Source: Qipengyuania sp. (lineage in GTDB: Bacteria > Pseudomonadota > Alphaproteobacteria > Sphingomonadales > Sphingomonadaceae). From it: a stretch of 64,000 bases of DNA. The stretch lies in the NCBI GenBank assembly GCA_965214525.1, contig OZ243959.1, forward strand, positions 1,531,013 through 1,595,012. Direction: 5' to 3'. This document shows positions 16,441 to 27,101 of this stretch, in pieces. Numbering within the stretch: the first letter of the stretch is position 1; each line of letters begins with the position of its first letter. The notes under the pieces were generated by a model that saw only the letters and a program-made list of their open reading frames with translations, had not been told where the DNA came from and did not search any database. The translations under genes and the position numbers were made by a program.

Positions 16441-18780
16441 CTATATCGCTTGGCCGCTCCATGTTCGCGATGTCTCGTCATGATATTCAAGGAGTTTAGC
16501 CAGATTGATGGGCTTTGACAGCGCGTAGCCCTGAACCTGGCTGCACCCCATATCGGTCAAGATTTGAAGCTCCCGTTCAGTCTCGACGCCCTCGGCCACC
16601 ACGGCGATCTCCGCCTCGCCCCCCATGGCGATCAAGCTCTTGGCGATCGCGCGGGCTTTTGGATCGGCGACAATATTGCTGACGAAAAGCCGGTCGATCT
16701 TGATCTCGTCAAACGGCAATCGATAGAACGTCTCAAAATTTGCTGCGCCCACTCCAAAGTCATCCATCGAGATGTGCGTGCCAAGCGCCTTCAATTGATC
16801 GAGGATGTCAACTGCTGCGGCAAGATCAGTGATCCGGGCGGTTTCGGTTACCTCCAGCACGAGATATTCTGGCGGAAAACGCGTGGCTTGCAATACTTCA
16901 CGCACGATCGAGACGAGTCGAAAGCTGTTGAGCATCGTCGCCGACACGTTGACAGAGATCGACAGCGTGTGACCGCGCGAATGCAGCAAGCGGCCAGCAG
17001 AGCAGGCTCCCTGCAGCATGTAGCGCGTTAAATCCTCCATCCGTCCGGCTTTCTCGCACTGTTGGATGAAGGTGGCGGGGGGAATGTTGCCCTTCTCACA
17101 ATCCTGCCAGCGGGCAAGGGCTTCTACCCCAAACAGCCTTCCCGTAAGCACGTCGACCTTCGGTTGGTAGAGGCAATAAATCTCGCCGGCTTCCATCGCC
17201 GCATCGATCCGCGCTCGCATGGAAACGCTCCACACCAGATCACTTTGCGTACCATCGTCGGTTACGATGATCGGGTTGGCGGCTTCGGTTGCCTCTTCGG
17301 CCGATGCCGTCGCGAAAGCCAAAGCGGCAGAGATATTCTCCTTTATTGCGGCGATGCCGAAAGTGACGCCAACGTCGATGGCACGATCATCGAACATCAA
17401 CGGGGCCGCGAACAATGCCCGCAGGCCTTCCAGGTGTTCGACGATGTCCGCCATCGGGCGATCCAGTTGAATCCAACCGAAGTAATGGTTTTCTACATAC
17501 AGTTCGAGCGATTCGTCGGTCGCACGAAGGCGTTGCGCAATTTTGCGAACGTAGGTTGTTTTCTGGTCCCTCGTCAGGGTTGTCAAGGCGGACTCAAATC
17601 CGTGAATCTTCGCGACGATGATATGCCCCGACCCGTTCTGCTGCGGGTTGTTTTCCAGCGCGGCGAAGCGCGCCAGCCCGGTCTGGAAATCGTGAAACCC
17701 CGCTCTGCGCTGCCAATAGCGGTGAGCACGAAAACAGAAGTAGATGAACCATACCGCCCCTGCGCCGCTGATAGAAAACCTCAGGCCGATGGGCGGCCCG
17801 GCCAGAATCAGGACAAACAGCAAGCTCGGCACGAACGCATAGGCCAAACGATGGCTGGTTCGTCGATCGACGACAAACCCGATGATTACGAGCAACAGCG
17901 TGAAACCAAGTGCAAGGCTGTGGAAAGGACGAAGGTAAGTTACCCCACCGTGAAGCGCAGTCTCGGCAGCATAAACATGTATGAGGTTATTGGAAACTTT
18001 CTGGTAGCCCGGAATTGATTCTCCAAAGCCAATTACCTTTTCGGAATGTCCTAGCAAGATTGTTCGGTTAAATAACGTCTGTTCTGATTGCTTGAGTTCA
18101 GTGAGCGTCGTTTGCGCAATCAGGCTTGGCGAGAAGTTGTACGCTGTGGGCTCAGACCCGTTGATACTTCCTTGACGATGAGAGAGCACTTCCGGAATTG
18201 TTTGGAAGACCTCTTGGTCCGTCTTCACAGACGTACGATAATTCCAAGCAATGCCAAGATAGTCAACATAGAGAATACTCAGAACATTCTGCGCCTTTCC
18301 GATAATCTCAGGCCGGCTTTTGCTCAAGTTTTCTCTCGATGAGCGCTCATTCGATTTTGCTGCGACGTATATCTTGTCATCGAGCCGGGAGATGGCGTCC
18401 GCCAGCCGCTTGTCCGCCACGGGATTGGACAATTCGTCGAACACCATGTTGAGAACGATGCGCTTGGCACCGCGCCGGTCCAGTTCTTCCAGCGCTTGGG
18501 CAAGTTCGATCCGCCGTTCAGGATTGGCCGGATCGGTCATGTCGCGATCAGATGCGACAAAAAGGATCTGGCCGGACGGTACGCCGGTTTGTATTCGCGA
18601 TTGCACGAGCCAGATGAACTGGTCGATCGGATCCAGCACCATCGCCAACATCAGGACCAGAGCGATCAAACCCGACCATATGGCATGACGCAGCCGCGTG
18701 CTCGGCGCAAGAACGCCCGCCTCTTCCTTCGCGTCGCGTCGTTGACCGGCGAATTGGAAAGGATGAGCCGCGTCCATCAA
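16441..18780 (-). CDS. Membrane c-di-GMP phosphodiesterase: CHASE2-like sensor + 3 TM + degenerate GGDEF + EAL
   Basis: N-terminal TM, periplasmic domain, 3 TM; GGDEF site replaced (ENHYF); YQPKV, EALARW, LEVTE, DDFGVG, IKIDR, AEGVE, QGY intact. Confidence 0.9.
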   Translation of the reverse strand: MMDAAHPFQFAGQRRDAKEEAGVLAPSTRLRHAIWSGLIALVLMLAMVLDPIDQFIWLVQSRIQTGVPSGQILFVASDRDMTDPANPERRIELAQALEELDRRGAKRIVLNMVFDELSNPVADKRLADAISRLDDKIYVAAKSNERSSRENLSKSRPEIIGKAQNVLSILYVDYLGIAWNYRTSVKTDQEVFQTIPEVLSHRQGSINGSEPTAYNFSPSLIAQTTLTELKQSEQTLFNRTILLGHSEKVIGFGESIPGYQKVSNNLIHVYAAETALHGGVTYLRPFHSLALGFTLLLVIIGFVVDRRTSHRLAYAFVPSLLFVLILAGPPIGLRFSISGAGAVWFIYFCFRAHRYWQRRAGFHDFQTGLARFAALENNPQQNGSGHIIVAKIHGFESALTTLTRDQKTTYVRKIAQRLRATDESLELYVENHYFGWIQLDRPMADIVEHLEGLRALFAAPLMFDDRAIDVGVTFGIAAIKENISAALAFATASAEEATEAANPIIVTDDGTQSDLVWSVSMRARIDAAMEAGEIYCLYQPKVDVLTGRLFGVEALARWQDCEKGNIPPATFIQQCEKAGRMEDLTRYMLQGACSAGRLLHSRGHTLSISVNVSATMLNSFRLVSIVREVLQATRFPPEYLVLEVTETARITDLAAAVDILDQLKALGTHISMDDFGVGAANFETFYRLPFDEIKIDRLFVSNIVADPKARAIAKSLIAMGGEAEIAVVAEGVETERELQILTDMGCSQVQGYALSKPINLAKLLEYHDETSRTWSGQAI

Positions 18781-18838
18781 GCCATCTGACTAGACGGACA
18801 AGGTTAACAAAAGACTGCGAACCGCCTTGTGACAAGTC

Positions 18839-20272
18839 CTAATATTGCTGTTTGCTAAGTGACGAACGGCACACTCCGAACAGGTCGTGCGCATCGGCAT
18901 CCTCTATAACGACATCCACGATATCGCCGGTGCGAAGCTTGCGCCCGACCTGGCGCAGATGGACGGCCCCGTCGATCTCGGGAGCGTCAGCCTGGCTGCG
19001 ACCGGTAGCTCCAATATCGCCATCCTCGTCCGGCTCGCCGACCGCATCGATGATAACCGGGATGGTTCTACCGACTTTTGCCTGCAGTTTGGCGGCGCTT
19101 ATGCGTTCGGTGACTTCCATCAACCGGGAGTAGCGTTCTTCTTTCACTCGTTCGGGTACGGGGTCGGGCAGATGGTTCGCCTGCGCGCCGTCAACCGGTT
19201 CGAAGCGGAACGCACCAACCCGGTCCAGTTGCGCTTCTTCCAACCAATCGAGCAGATACCGAAAATCCGCTTCCGTCTCGCCGGGAAAGCCAACCACGAA
19301 ACTCGATCTGATCGCGATCGAGGGACAGATGGCGCGCCAGTTGCGCAAGCGCTCCAACACCTTCGCTTCGTTTGCCGGTCGCTTCATCCGTTTGAGAACC
19401 GCCGGTGCTGCATGCTGAAAGGGAATATCGAGGTAGGGCGTCAACAAGCCTTCCGCCATCAGCGGAATAACCTGGTCGACATGCGGATAGGGGTAGACAT
19501 AGTGAAGACGAACCCAGGGCGCCTGCCCCGCCGGGGTTCGCAACTGCCCCAGTTCGCGCGCAAGATCGGTCATATGCGCACGTACCTCGCGCCCGTGCCA
19601 TTGCCGCGGCTCGTGCCGGGTATCCACCCCGTAAGCTGAAGTGTCCTGACTGATGACAAGCAATTCCTGGGTTCCTGCGGCGACCAGCTTCTCCGCCTCG
19701 CGCAGCACCGCATCTATCCGGCGGCTGGCCAGCTTTCCACGTAGTTGCGGGATGATGCAGAACGCACAGGAATGGTTGCAACCTTCGGAAATCTTGAGGT
19801 AACTGTAATGGCGGGGCGTCAGCTTGATCATGTCAGCCGCGCTACCGTCATACCGGTCGAGCGGATCGGGTTGCGGGATGAGGTCGATGAACGGCCCTAA
19901 CGATGGCGGGGCTGCGTGGTGTACGGCTTCGACCACCTGCTCGTATTGATGCGCGCCGGTGACGGCCAATACCTTGGGATGCGCCCTGCGGATCGCGTTC
20001 GCATCCTCCCCCATGCACCCCGTGACGATAACCCGCCCGTTCTCCGCAATCGCTTCGCCGATTGCAGCCATGCTCTCTTCCTTGGCGGAATCGAGGAAGC
20101 CGCACGTATTGACCAATACGACGCTTGCACCCGCATAATCGGGGCTCATCTCGTATCCGTCGGCTCGCAGTCGTGTCAGGATACGTTCGCTATCGACGAG
20201 CGCCTTGGGACAGCCGAGGCTGACCATGCCGACCCGGGGTGGCTGGGTGATTGTTCGAACAGCGTGAGACAT
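18839..20272 (-). CDS. rimO: Ribosomal protein S12 methylthiotransferase
   Basis: [35 protein letters not shown]. Confidence 0.96.
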   Translation of the reverse strand: MSHAVRTITQPPRVGMVSLGCPKALVDSERILTRLRADGYEMSPDYAGASVVLVNTCGFLDSAKEESMAAIGEAIAENGRVIVTGCMGEDANAIRRAHPKVLAVTGAHQYEQVVEAVHHAAPPSLGPFIDLIPQPDPLDRYDGSAADMIKLTPRHYSYLKISEGCNHSCAFCIIPQLRGKLASRRIDAVLREAEKLVAAGTQELLVISQDTSAYGVDTRHEPRQWHGREVRAHMTDLARELGQLRTPAGQAPWVRLHYVYPYPHVDQVIPLMAEGLLTPYLDIPFQHAAPAVLKRMKRPANEAKVLERLRNWRAICPSIAIRSSFVVGFPGETEADFRYLLDWLEEAQLDRVGAFRFEPVDGAQANHLPDPVPERVKEERYSRLMEVTERISAAKLQAKVGRTIPVIIDAVGEPDEDGDIGATGRSQADAPEIDGAVHLRQVGRKLRTGDIVDVVIEDADAHDLFGVCRSSLSKQQY

Positions 20273-20329
20273 GATTTCCCACGCCCTAGCTGATTTGGCT
20301 GAACGATGCCAGAATATGTGCGCGACGCG

Positions 20330-21430
20330 TTATGGATGTCGCTCGTGCCCGTCTCCTTTGCGTTCGCCGCTCTCGGTCGGAACAATCTCGACAACCACGT
20401 CGCCTGCCATCAGGTTCGCGCATTCCTCTTCCCAGAAACCCAACACCTTTCCATCGCGATAGACTCGCAAGCCACGTCCGCCGGTGCGCAGGTTAGCGAT
20501 CGAACATCCGCATTCCTCTGCCGTGATCTCGCGCTCGACCAATTGCACGCGGCCACTGACGGACGCCAGATCGGCCAGATAGTCAGCAATATGCGCGCCC
20601 TTGGCACTGCCGGCCAGTAGCAGACCGGTAAACCGAACGGGATTGATCACGATATTGGCACCCGCCTGCCGGGCGAGCAACTCGTTGTCGTTGGCGCGCA
20701 CCACGACGCTGATCGGCACGTTGGGGGCAAGATGCCGCACCGTCAGCACGATCAGGATCGACGTGTCGTCGCGGCCGGCCGAGACCAGCACGTTGCGCGC
20801 TTCCTTTATCCGCACCGCCTCCAACGTGTCGTCTCGCGAAGCATCGCCGACCATGACGTTGCACCCCAGCTTTTCGGCTTCGGCCAGCCGTTCCTCGCCG
20901 CCGTCGATGACCACGATACAACTGGGATCGGTACCGCGCTCGATCAGTTCGGCGACGCTTTGCGATCCCGATACGCCGTATCCCAAAACCACGATATGGT
21001 CGGTTAGCTGCTCTTGGATCCGGGACATGCGCCATTGCTCCCATGTTCGCTTGATGATGAAATTGTAGGCCGTACCGACAAAGATGAAGAAAACGGCAAA
21101 GCGGATCGGGGTGACGATGATGGCCTCTACCATGCGCGCCCGGTCGCTGATCGGCGCGATATCGCCAAACCCCGTGGTGGTGACCGAAATCATCGTGAAG
21201 TAGACGACATCGGAAAAGCTGACCTCGCCGTCGAGATTGTCGACCAGACCATCGCGATCCCACCAATGGATCATTACGACGATCATCAGCAGGAATATCG
21301 CCAATCCAAGGCGTATGCCAAGATCGCCCCATACCGGTACGCGAACAGCCCGGCGCAACGGCTGGAAGCTGGCCCCGCGTACGTGCCGTCCGGAACCGGG
21401 CCCGCTGGAACTGGAGCGATATTCGCTCAT
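20330..21430 (-). CDS. Potassium channel family protein (2TM + RCK/TrkA-N)
   Basis: TTTGFGD filter; GYGVSG Rossmann motif. Confidence 0.9.
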   Translation of the reverse strand: MSEYRSSSSGPGSGRHVRGASFQPLRRAVRVPVWGDLGIRLGLAIFLLMIVVMIHWWDRDGLVDNLDGEVSFSDVVYFTMISVTTTGFGDIAPISDRARMVEAIIVTPIRFAVFFIFVGTAYNFIIKRTWEQWRMSRIQEQLTDHIVVLGYGVSGSQSVAELIERGTDPSCIVVIDGGEERLAEAEKLGCNVMVGDASRDDTLEAVRIKEARNVLVSAGRDDTSILIVLTVRHLAPNVPISVVVRANDNELLARQAGANIVINPVRFTGLLLAGSAKGAHIADYLADLASVSGRVQLVEREITAEECGCSIANLRTGGRGLRVYRDGKVLGFWEEECANLMAGDVVVEIVPTESGERKGDGHERHP

Positions 21431-22191
21431 GCACCAAACCGCTCGGCCAACCGCTGCAACGAAGCATGGTGCGTGAAGTCCAGTTGCAAGGGCGTGACCG
21501 CGATATACCCATCATCGATGGCTTCCAGATCGGTCCCGTGATCCAGCGTATGCTCGATTGCCTGCAAGCCGAACCAATAATAGGGATGCCCGCGCGGGTC
21601 ATGACCCTTGACGACCGAGCCGCGCGAATAATCGTGAAATCCCTGCCGCACGACGCGGATCCCTGCGACATCGTCCGCCGCAACGGGCGGGAAGTTCACG
21701 TTGATCAGCGTGCGGTCGGAGAACGTCAGGTCGAGCAACGGCCTTATGACCTTCGCGCCCCACGCCAACGCGGTATCGAACGGCACCGCCCCCCCCTGGC
21801 TCTGCTTGGCATAGACCTGGCTCAGTGCAATGGATTTGATGCCTGCCAAGGCACCTTCGATGGCCGCCGATACCGTGCCCGAATAGGTGACGTCGTCGCC
21901 CAAATTGGCCCCGCGATTGACGCCAGACAGTATCAAATCGGGCGGCGCATCCATGACTTCGCGCAATGCCAGCATGACCGAATCGGTCGGCGTGCCAGCG
22001 ACGGAAAAGCGACGCTCGTGATACTGGCGTAAACGCACCGGGTGGTTCAAGGTCAGCGAATGCCCCGCCCCGGACTGTTCTTCGGCCGGGGCGCACACCC
22101 AGATATCGTCGCTCAGCGGAGCGGCGATCTGTTCGAGCGCGGCAAAGCCCGGCGCGTGGATGCCATCGTCATTCGTCAGCAGGATACGCAT
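21427..22191 (-). CDS. surE: 5'/3'-nucleotidase SurE
   Basis: [30 protein letters not shown]; start overlaps serS stop. Confidence 0.95.
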   Translation of the reverse strand: MRILLTNDDGIHAPGFAALEQIAAPLSDDIWVCAPAEEQSGAGHSLTLNHPVRLRQYHERRFSVAGTPTDSVMLALREVMDAPPDLILSGVNRGANLGDDVTYSGTVSAAIEGALAGIKSIALSQVYAKQSQGGAVPFDTALAWGAKVIRPLLDLTFSDRTLINVNFPPVAADDVAGIRVVRQGFHDYSRGSVVKGHDPRGHPYYWFGLQAIEHTLDHGTDLEAIDDGYIAVTPLQLDFTHHASLQRLAERFGA

Positions 22192-23471
22192 CAGTCGGCC
22201 TGTTCCAATCGCGTGACGCCGCCCATGTAAGGCTGCAGGATGTCGGGAACTACCACCCCGCCCCCAGCATCCTGATAGTTCTCCAGCACCGCCACCAAAG
22301 TTCGCCCGACCGCAAGGCCAGAGCCATTCAGGGTATGCACGAATTCGGTTTTCTTCGCCCCTTCCGGCCGGTACCGCGCATTCATCCTCCTTGCCTGGAA
22401 ATCCCCGCAATTCGAGATCGAACTGATTTCGCGATAAGTGTCCTGCCCGGGCAGCCACACCTCGAGATCATAGGTCTTTCGTGCCGTGAACCCCATATCG
22501 CCGGTGCATAGCAGCATCGTCCGGTAAGGCAGATCAAGGGCGCGCAGGATGTCCTGGGCGCAGCGCAACATCCGATCGTGTTCGGCTTCGCTGTCTTCAG
22601 GACGAACGATCGATACCAGTTCGACCTTTTCGAACTGGTGCTGGCGGATGAAGCCGCGCGTGTCCTTTCCTGCGGCCCCGGCTTCGGAACGAAAACAGGG
22701 CGTCAGGGCGGTCAGCCGGATGGGCAACGCCGCCTCTTCGATGATCTGTTCGCGCACCGAATTGGTAAGGCTGACTTCGGCGGTAGGGATCAGCCAACGG
22801 CCATCGGTAGTCTGAAAATTGTCCTCGGCGAACTTGGGTAACTGCCCCGTGCCGAACAACGCAGCGTCGCGCACCAGCAAGGGCGGTGCGCATTCGGTAA
22901 ATCCATGCTCGCTCACCTGTCGATCGAGCATGAATTGCCCAAGTGCCCGATGCAAACGGGCCATATCTGCGCGAAGAAACGTGAACCTCGCCCCCGATAT
23001 CCGCGCGCCGGTTTCAAAATCCATTCCGAGCGCAGGAGCAATATCGGCGTGTTCTTTCGGTTTGAAACCTAGCGCGCGCCGCTCTCCCCAGCGCGACAGT
23101 TCGACGTTGTCATTCTCATCGGCACCGTCCGGCACGTCATGCGCAGGAATGTTCGGATATGCAGCAAGAAGCGCATTCAATTGCGCGCTCGACCGCCGCT
23201 CTGCCTCTTCCAACGCCGGCATCGACAGCTTGAGTTCAGCAACCTCGCGCTTGAGCCTGTCGGCTTGGGCGGTGTCGCCAGCGGCAATCGCCCGGCCGAC
23301 AGCTTTCGAGACGTCGTTGCGATGGTTCTGCTGTTCCTGAAGTCGCGTGGCGATTTGCCGCCGCTCCGTATCCATGCCGACGATGGCCGCTCCGGCTGGC
23401 GCGATCCCCCTGCGCGCCAATCCGGCATCGAACAGGGGCGTGTCTTCTCTTATCGCTTTCACATCGTGCAT
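22191..23471 (-). CDS. serS: Serine--tRNA ligase
   Basis: [37 protein letters not shown]. Confidence 0.97.
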   Translation of the reverse strand: MHDVKAIREDTPLFDAGLARRGIAPAGAAIVGMDTERRQIATRLQEQQNHRNDVSKAVGRAIAAGDTAQADRLKREVAELKLSMPALEEAERRSSAQLNALLAAYPNIPAHDVPDGADENDNVELSRWGERRALGFKPKEHADIAPALGMDFETGARISGARFTFLRADMARLHRALGQFMLDRQVSEHGFTECAPPLLVRDAALFGTGQLPKFAEDNFQTTDGRWLIPTAEVSLTNSVREQIIEEAALPIRLTALTPCFRSEAGAAGKDTRGFIRQHQFEKVELVSIVRPEDSEAEHDRMLRCAQDILRALDLPYRTMLLCTGDMGFTARKTYDLEVWLPGQDTYREISSISNCGDFQARRMNARYRPEGAKKTEFVHTLNGSGLAVGRTLVAVLENYQDAGGGVVVPDILQPYMGGVTRLEQAD

Positions 23472-23580
23472 CGCGTGCGCCTATGCCTCAACCCGGGCAA
23501 TTTCCAAAGGGAGAAGCACGCCTCTTGCAGAAAACGGCAGCGTGCCGATCGACGATATCGTGCGGCACTGCGTCGCCGTA

Positions 23581-25851
23581 TTAATCCAGTTCGATCGCAT
23601 GGTCTTCCGCCCATGTCGCAAGCGCATTGCGCGTGCTCTCTGGCGGACTGGACAGCGTATCACGCATGAATTGCTGCAGTTCCGCAAGATCGATCTTGCG
23701 CACCAATTCCTTTATCGGACCCACGGCCGCGGGCGTGATCGACAGCCTTCGAACACCAAGCCCGATGAGCGCCAGAGCTTCCAGCCGACGCCCGCCCATC
23801 TCACCGCATACCCCCACGTCGATCGGGTAAGCGCGCGCGGTCGTGACAACCCGGTCGAGGAACCGCAGGATCGCAGGACTTAGCCAATCGTAACGCTCGG
23901 CAAGCTTCGGGTTGGCGCGATCGGCTGCGAACAGAAACTGGGTTAGATCGTTCGTTCCGATGGAGATGAAATCGACCTGTGGCAGGAATTCGGGCAACAT
24001 CTCGGCTAGCGCAGGGACTTCGAGCATGGCGCCGAACCGAATGGCCTTGGGCATGCGCTTTTGCCGCCGGCGCAGCAATTCGACCTGACCATCGAACATC
24101 TGTTTTGCCGCCTGGAACTCCCACGGCTCGCTCACCATCGGAAACATCACGTTGAGCACCCGACCCCCAGCCGCCTCGATCAACGCCCGGGCTTGCACCT
24201 TCATCAATCCGTCGCGTTCAAGCGCCAGCCGCAAGGCGCGCCACCCCATCGCCGGGTTCTCGTCATCGTTGGCGCTGTCGGAGCGCAGGTAGGGGACCAT
24301 CTTGTCGCCGCCGATATCCACCGTGCGAAAGATGACCGGCCTGTTTCCTGCCGCTTCCAAGACATCTCGGTAAAGGCGGGTCTGCCGTTCGCGTTGCGGC
24401 AGGGAAGCGGACACCAGGAACTGGAACTCGGTACGAAACAGGCCGATTCCGTCGGCGCCTGTAAGGTTCAGTGCCGAAATATCGTCGCGCAGGCCCGCAT
24501 TCATCATCACTTCGATGCGGGTGCCGCAGCGGGTAAACGGCTCGACGTCCCGCATCTTGGCATAGGCCGCCTGACGTTCGCGATACTTGGCCGAGCGGGC
24601 ATCGAACGCATCAATCGTGGCCGGGGAGGGCCTGACCGTGACAGCCCCCTGATCGGCATCGAGCACCAACTCGTCACCGTCCCGCAGCCGTCCGCGCAAC
24701 GGCCCAGTCCGGCCAAGAACGGGAATTCCCATCGCGCGCGCGACGATCACGACGTGCGCTGTAAGGGAGCCTTCCTCGAGAATGACCCCGGTTAGGCGTC
24801 GACGATCATATTCGAGCAGTTCCGCCGGTCCCAAGTTGCGCGCGATCAGGATCGAGGAGCGTTTCAATCCGGTCTTGGCCGCGGTCCCAAGCTGCCCCGA
24901 AACGATCCGCAAGAGCCTGTTGGACAGATCCTCCAGGTCGTGCATCCGGTCCGCCAACAAAGGATCGTCGATTTCCCGCATCCGCATGCGCGTGCGCTGC
25001 TGCACCCGCTCGATCGCCGCCTCGGCCGTCAACCCGGTATCGATGGCTTCGTTGATCCGCCGCGACCAGCCCTCGTCGTACGCGAACATGCGATACATCT
25101 CGAGCACTTCGTCATGCTCCCCGCCCGAGCCGAATTCGACCTCGCGCGACATGGCGTCGATCTGTTCGCGCATCCGGTCGAACGCACGGTACACGCGCTG
25201 CCGCTCCGCTTCGATGTCCTCGGCCACGACATGTTCTATGGTGACACGGGGCTGATGAAAGACGGCATGCCCATGCGCCAGCCCTCGCACCAGCGACAGC
25301 CCGTGCACCACTTCCGGGGCGGCATTGGCCTTGGCAGCCGCAAGGGCCTCCTCTTCGTCGACCAGTTCGTTGTGAGCGATCAGTTCCGACAGGACCATCG
25401 CGGTGGTCTGCAAAGCTTCGACTTCAACGTCGTCGTATTGCCGAGGATCGACATGCTGAACGCACAATACCCCAACCGCGCGTTCGCGATAGACGATCGG
25501 CACTCCCGCGAACGAGTGGAACTTCTCCTCGCCCGTTTCGGGAAGGTAGAGGAAGTTGGGATGGCTGCGTGCCTCTGCAAGGTTCAAGGTCTCGACATCG
25601 TCGGCGATGGTACCGGTCAAACCTTGCCCGATGGCCATCCGCGTCACATGCACCGCGCTCTGGTTCAAACCGCGGGTCGCAAACAGTTCGAGCATGCCCT
25701 CGCGCAGCAGGTAGATCGAGCAGACTTCGCTATCGAGGCTTTCGCCGACCAGATCCACCACGGCATCGAGCTTGCCCTGCGCGTGCAACCGCGAAGCCAT
25801 CAGTTCGTGCATTCCCAGCAGGATCGATCGGGCCGCGTCCTTGGCACTCAT
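23581..25851 (-). CDS. ptsP: PTS(Ntr) enzyme I with GAF domain
   Basis: N-terminal GAF, GSLTAHV phospho-His, GIGLFRTEF, IGTNDLTQF, VCGEMGG. Confidence 0.95.
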   Translation of the reverse strand: MSAKDAARSILLGMHELMASRLHAQGKLDAVVDLVGESLDSEVCSIYLLREGMLELFATRGLNQSAVHVTRMAIGQGLTGTIADDVETLNLAEARSHPNFLYLPETGEEKFHSFAGVPIVYRERAVGVLCVQHVDPRQYDDVEVEALQTTAMVLSELIAHNELVDEEEALAAAKANAAPEVVHGLSLVRGLAHGHAVFHQPRVTIEHVVAEDIEAERQRVYRAFDRMREQIDAMSREVEFGSGGEHDEVLEMYRMFAYDEGWSRRINEAIDTGLTAEAAIERVQQRTRMRMREIDDPLLADRMHDLEDLSNRLLRIVSGQLGTAAKTGLKRSSILIARNLGPAELLEYDRRRLTGVILEEGSLTAHVVIVARAMGIPVLGRTGPLRGRLRDGDELVLDADQGAVTVRPSPATIDAFDARSAKYRERQAAYAKMRDVEPFTRCGTRIEVMMNAGLRDDISALNLTGADGIGLFRTEFQFLVSASLPQRERQTRLYRDVLEAAGNRPVIFRTVDIGGDKMVPYLRSDSANDDENPAMGWRALRLALERDGLMKVQARALIEAAGGRVLNVMFPMVSEPWEFQAAKQMFDGQVELLRRRQKRMPKAIRFGAMLEVPALAEMLPEFLPQVDFISIGTNDLTQFLFAADRANPKLAERYDWLSPAILRFLDRVVTTARAYPIDVGVCGEMGGRRLEALALIGLGVRRLSITPAAVGPIKELVRKIDLAELQQFMRDTLSSPPESTRNALATWAEDHAIELD

Positions 25852-25899
25852 ACTGGCGGGTTACAGCAATCCCAAGCTATTGCAAAAAACGCAGGTGAC

Positions 25900-26055
25900 C
25901 TAGATCGCGGCCAATTCCTGCTTGATGAGAAGCTTGGCGCGTTTCAACTGCTTGATCCGGCTATCGTCTGGTGCCGGCCGGCTTTGCTCGTCGTGTAATT
26001 GCCGGTCTATCCCGGCGTGTTTGGTTGCCAGTGCATGTGCGTGAGACGATTGCAT
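25900..26055 (-). CDS. YdcH/DUF465 family small protein
   Basis: MQSSHAHALATKHAGIDRQL...LKRAKLLIKQEL; AGGAG RBS. Confidence 0.8.
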   Translation of the reverse strand: MQSSHAHALATKHAGIDRQLHDEQSRPAPDDSRIKQLKRAKLLIKQELAAI

Positions 26056-26237
26056 CGCGTTCTCCTGTTCCGGGGCCACATCTTCCACGACTCGCGAACG
26101 CAGGGTCACAGAGCCGTTCCGGACATGCTAATCACATCGTTTCCATCATGCGAAGGGAATACTAAGGGGTTCGCGCCGATACCTTTCAGGGACGCGACGA
26201 ACGGACCCCGCACGTAATCCATAAGGACAAGCGATAC

Positions 26238-26447
26238 ATGGAAGACGACGCATTGCGCAAACGGCTGGCGATCTTGCAGGTCGAGCATCGCGACCTGGAC
26301 GTGGCGATCGGTGCCCTTGCCGACGCGCGTGAAACGCACGGATATACCGATCAATTGCAACTGGCTCGATTGAAGAAGCGCAAGCTGCAATTGCGCGATC
26401 AGATGCATGCCATCCAGGATGAGCTGATACCCGATATCATTGCGTAA
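26238..26447 (+). CDS. YdcH/DUF465 family small protein
   Basis: EHRDLDVAI...DQLQLARLKKRKLQLRDQM...PDIIA. Confidence 0.85.
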   Translation: MEDDALRKRLAILQVEHRDLDVAIGALADARETHGYTDQLQLARLKKRKLQLRDQMHAIQDELIPDIIA

Positions 26448-26594
26448 ATCGGAAATTAGCTGGCCCGATATGAAACACCTCCCTGCCATTGGTGGTGGTC
26501 TTCGCCAAGGTAGTGTCCCGTTTGAGCACGGTGAGGAACATCTTCCGCGAAGGGCGCTGCGGGTAGCTAGCTTTGTGACGTCAACCGACCTATT

Positions 26595-27101
26595 TTGATC
26601 GACATGGAGACCCGCGCGCCCGCAACCGCCTCAGACGAATTAACGTCGCAGGTCGTCGAAGAACTATATGCCGAGGCACTGGTGCTGGCGGACGACGTTC
26701 GCCTGGCCTTCGATACGTCGAAGCTCGATCGGAACGGGATGACGGCGGCGCCGGAACAAGTCGCGCTGTCGATCGAAGGCTTGCGCACCACGACCCGGGT
26801 AATGCAAATGCTGGGATGGCTCTTGAACCAGCGCGCCTACTTTGCCGGGGAACTCAATCATTCCCAACTCCAGCGCCATGGCAATCTTCCATCCGACAGG
26901 CCGTCAGAACCGGAGCAGGCTGCGGCGCTGCCCGAACCGGTGCGTCTGCTGATACAGGAAACGGAACGGCTGCATGCCAGGATTGCGCGGCTCGATCGCC
27001 AGCAGCGCGAACCGCGGCAAGCGGGTGGAACGAGCGTGTCGGCATTGCACAAGCGGCTGGAACTGGCTTTCGGTCACGGACCGAACCGCCGCCGCGCCTG
27101 A
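26595..27101 (+). CDS. rcdA: DUF1465 / regulator of CtrA degradation
   Basis: LYAEALVLADDVR...LSIEGLRTTTRVMQMLGWLLNQRA pattern. Confidence 0.75.
   Translation: MIDMETRAPATASDELTSQVVEELYAEALVLADDVRLAFDTSKLDRNGMTAAPEQVALSIEGLRTTTRVMQMLGWLLNQRAYFAGELNHSQLQRHGNLPSDRPSEPEQAAALPEPVRLLIQETERLHARIARLDRQQREPRQAGGTSVSALHKRLELAFGHGPNRRRA

Noticed and set aside
18839-20272. Radical SAM enzyme as maturase for the Trp-rich peptide (darobactin/triceptide-like RiPP)
   Set aside because: Motifs identify it as housekeeping RimO (UPF0004 + TRAM, no SPASM domain); the peptide has no obvious leader
21427-22458. N-terminally extended SurE (likewise extended FliA from 59030 and MFS from 38209)
   Set aside because: Extensions overlap neighbouring genes and canonical starts exist downstream; not real fusions
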